DNA of 64,000 bases. Source: a virus (lineage: Duplodnaviria > Caudoviricetes). Every line of letters begins with the position of its first letter. Position 1 is the first letter of the stretch. Shown one piece after another: positions 63,711 through 64,000 of this stretch. Made by a program: the position numbers and the translations under genes. The DNA is taken from the IMG/VR virus record IMGVR_UViG_3300031251_000018, positions 1,177 to 65,176 of that record, one strand, 5' to 3'. Below the pieces are notes generated by a model. It did no database searches. It saw only the letters and a program-made list of their open reading frames with translations, and was not told where the DNA came from.

Positions 63711-63873
63711 TCTACGCTTCCTAATGGTTATGATCGCGCTACAACCGGCGGATTTACTGGGGTTTTACGATTGCGGCTAATCGGTTGAGTTGCTCAACCG
63801 TTCGGCCGTTGCGCTGCTAAATGGTTGAGGTTTCAACCGTTTGCGCCTTGCGTTACGCTTAACGCAACACAAT

Positions 63874-64000
63874 CGCCGAGCGGATGCGCCGAGCGGATGC
63901 GCCGAGCGGATGCGCCGAGCGGATGCGCCGAGCGGATGCGCCGAGCGGATGCGCCGAGCGGATGCGCCGAGCGGATGCGCCGAGCGGATGCGCCGAGCGG
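63874..64000. repeat. Perfect 13-bp tandem repeat running off the window
   Basis: (GCCGAGCGGATGC)n, about 9.7 copies visible. Confidence 0.95.

Noticed and set aside
1-64000. tRNA, rRNA or IS elements
   Set aside because: None recognised by eye; tRNAscan-SE and ISEScan were not run

Overview
Near-complete genome of a temperate, long-tailed (siphovirus-like, HK97-fold) phage, most likely of an alphaproteobacterial host (inferred from DUF6456, head-spike and tail gene types and high GC). Layout: an early/accessory region with repeated structured intergenic elements (1-4.6 kb); a leftward replication block (putative origin, primase-helicase, family A DNA polymerase, adenine methylase; 4.6-13.1 kb); a CI/Cro-like switch (13.2-14.1 kb); a rightward APSE-like recombination and nucleotide-metabolism operon (RuvC-like, SNF2 helicase, ParB-like, DUF2800 exonuclease, DUF2815 SSB, DUF5664, C5 methylase, dCMP deaminase, DUF550, PrtN-like); an array of modular coiled-coil genes (25.0-27.4 kb); an intact attP carrying a dusA 5' fragment next to a tyrosine integrase; then leftward lysis, tail, head and packaging genes (29.9-63.6 kb) and a 13-bp tandem repeat at the window end. 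Main observations: (1) coiled-coil genes built from conserved DNA repeats and unique spacers with mostly heptad-multiple periods, joined by a conserved gene-junction motif and including a collapsed 'empty' gene; (2) a cytosine methylase whose missing motif IX appears to be encoded in an overlapping +1 frame (M.EcoHK31I-type); (3) repeated hairpin/leader elements before early genes; (4) dusA-targeting attP. All family assignments come from motif recognition by eye; no database searches were run.
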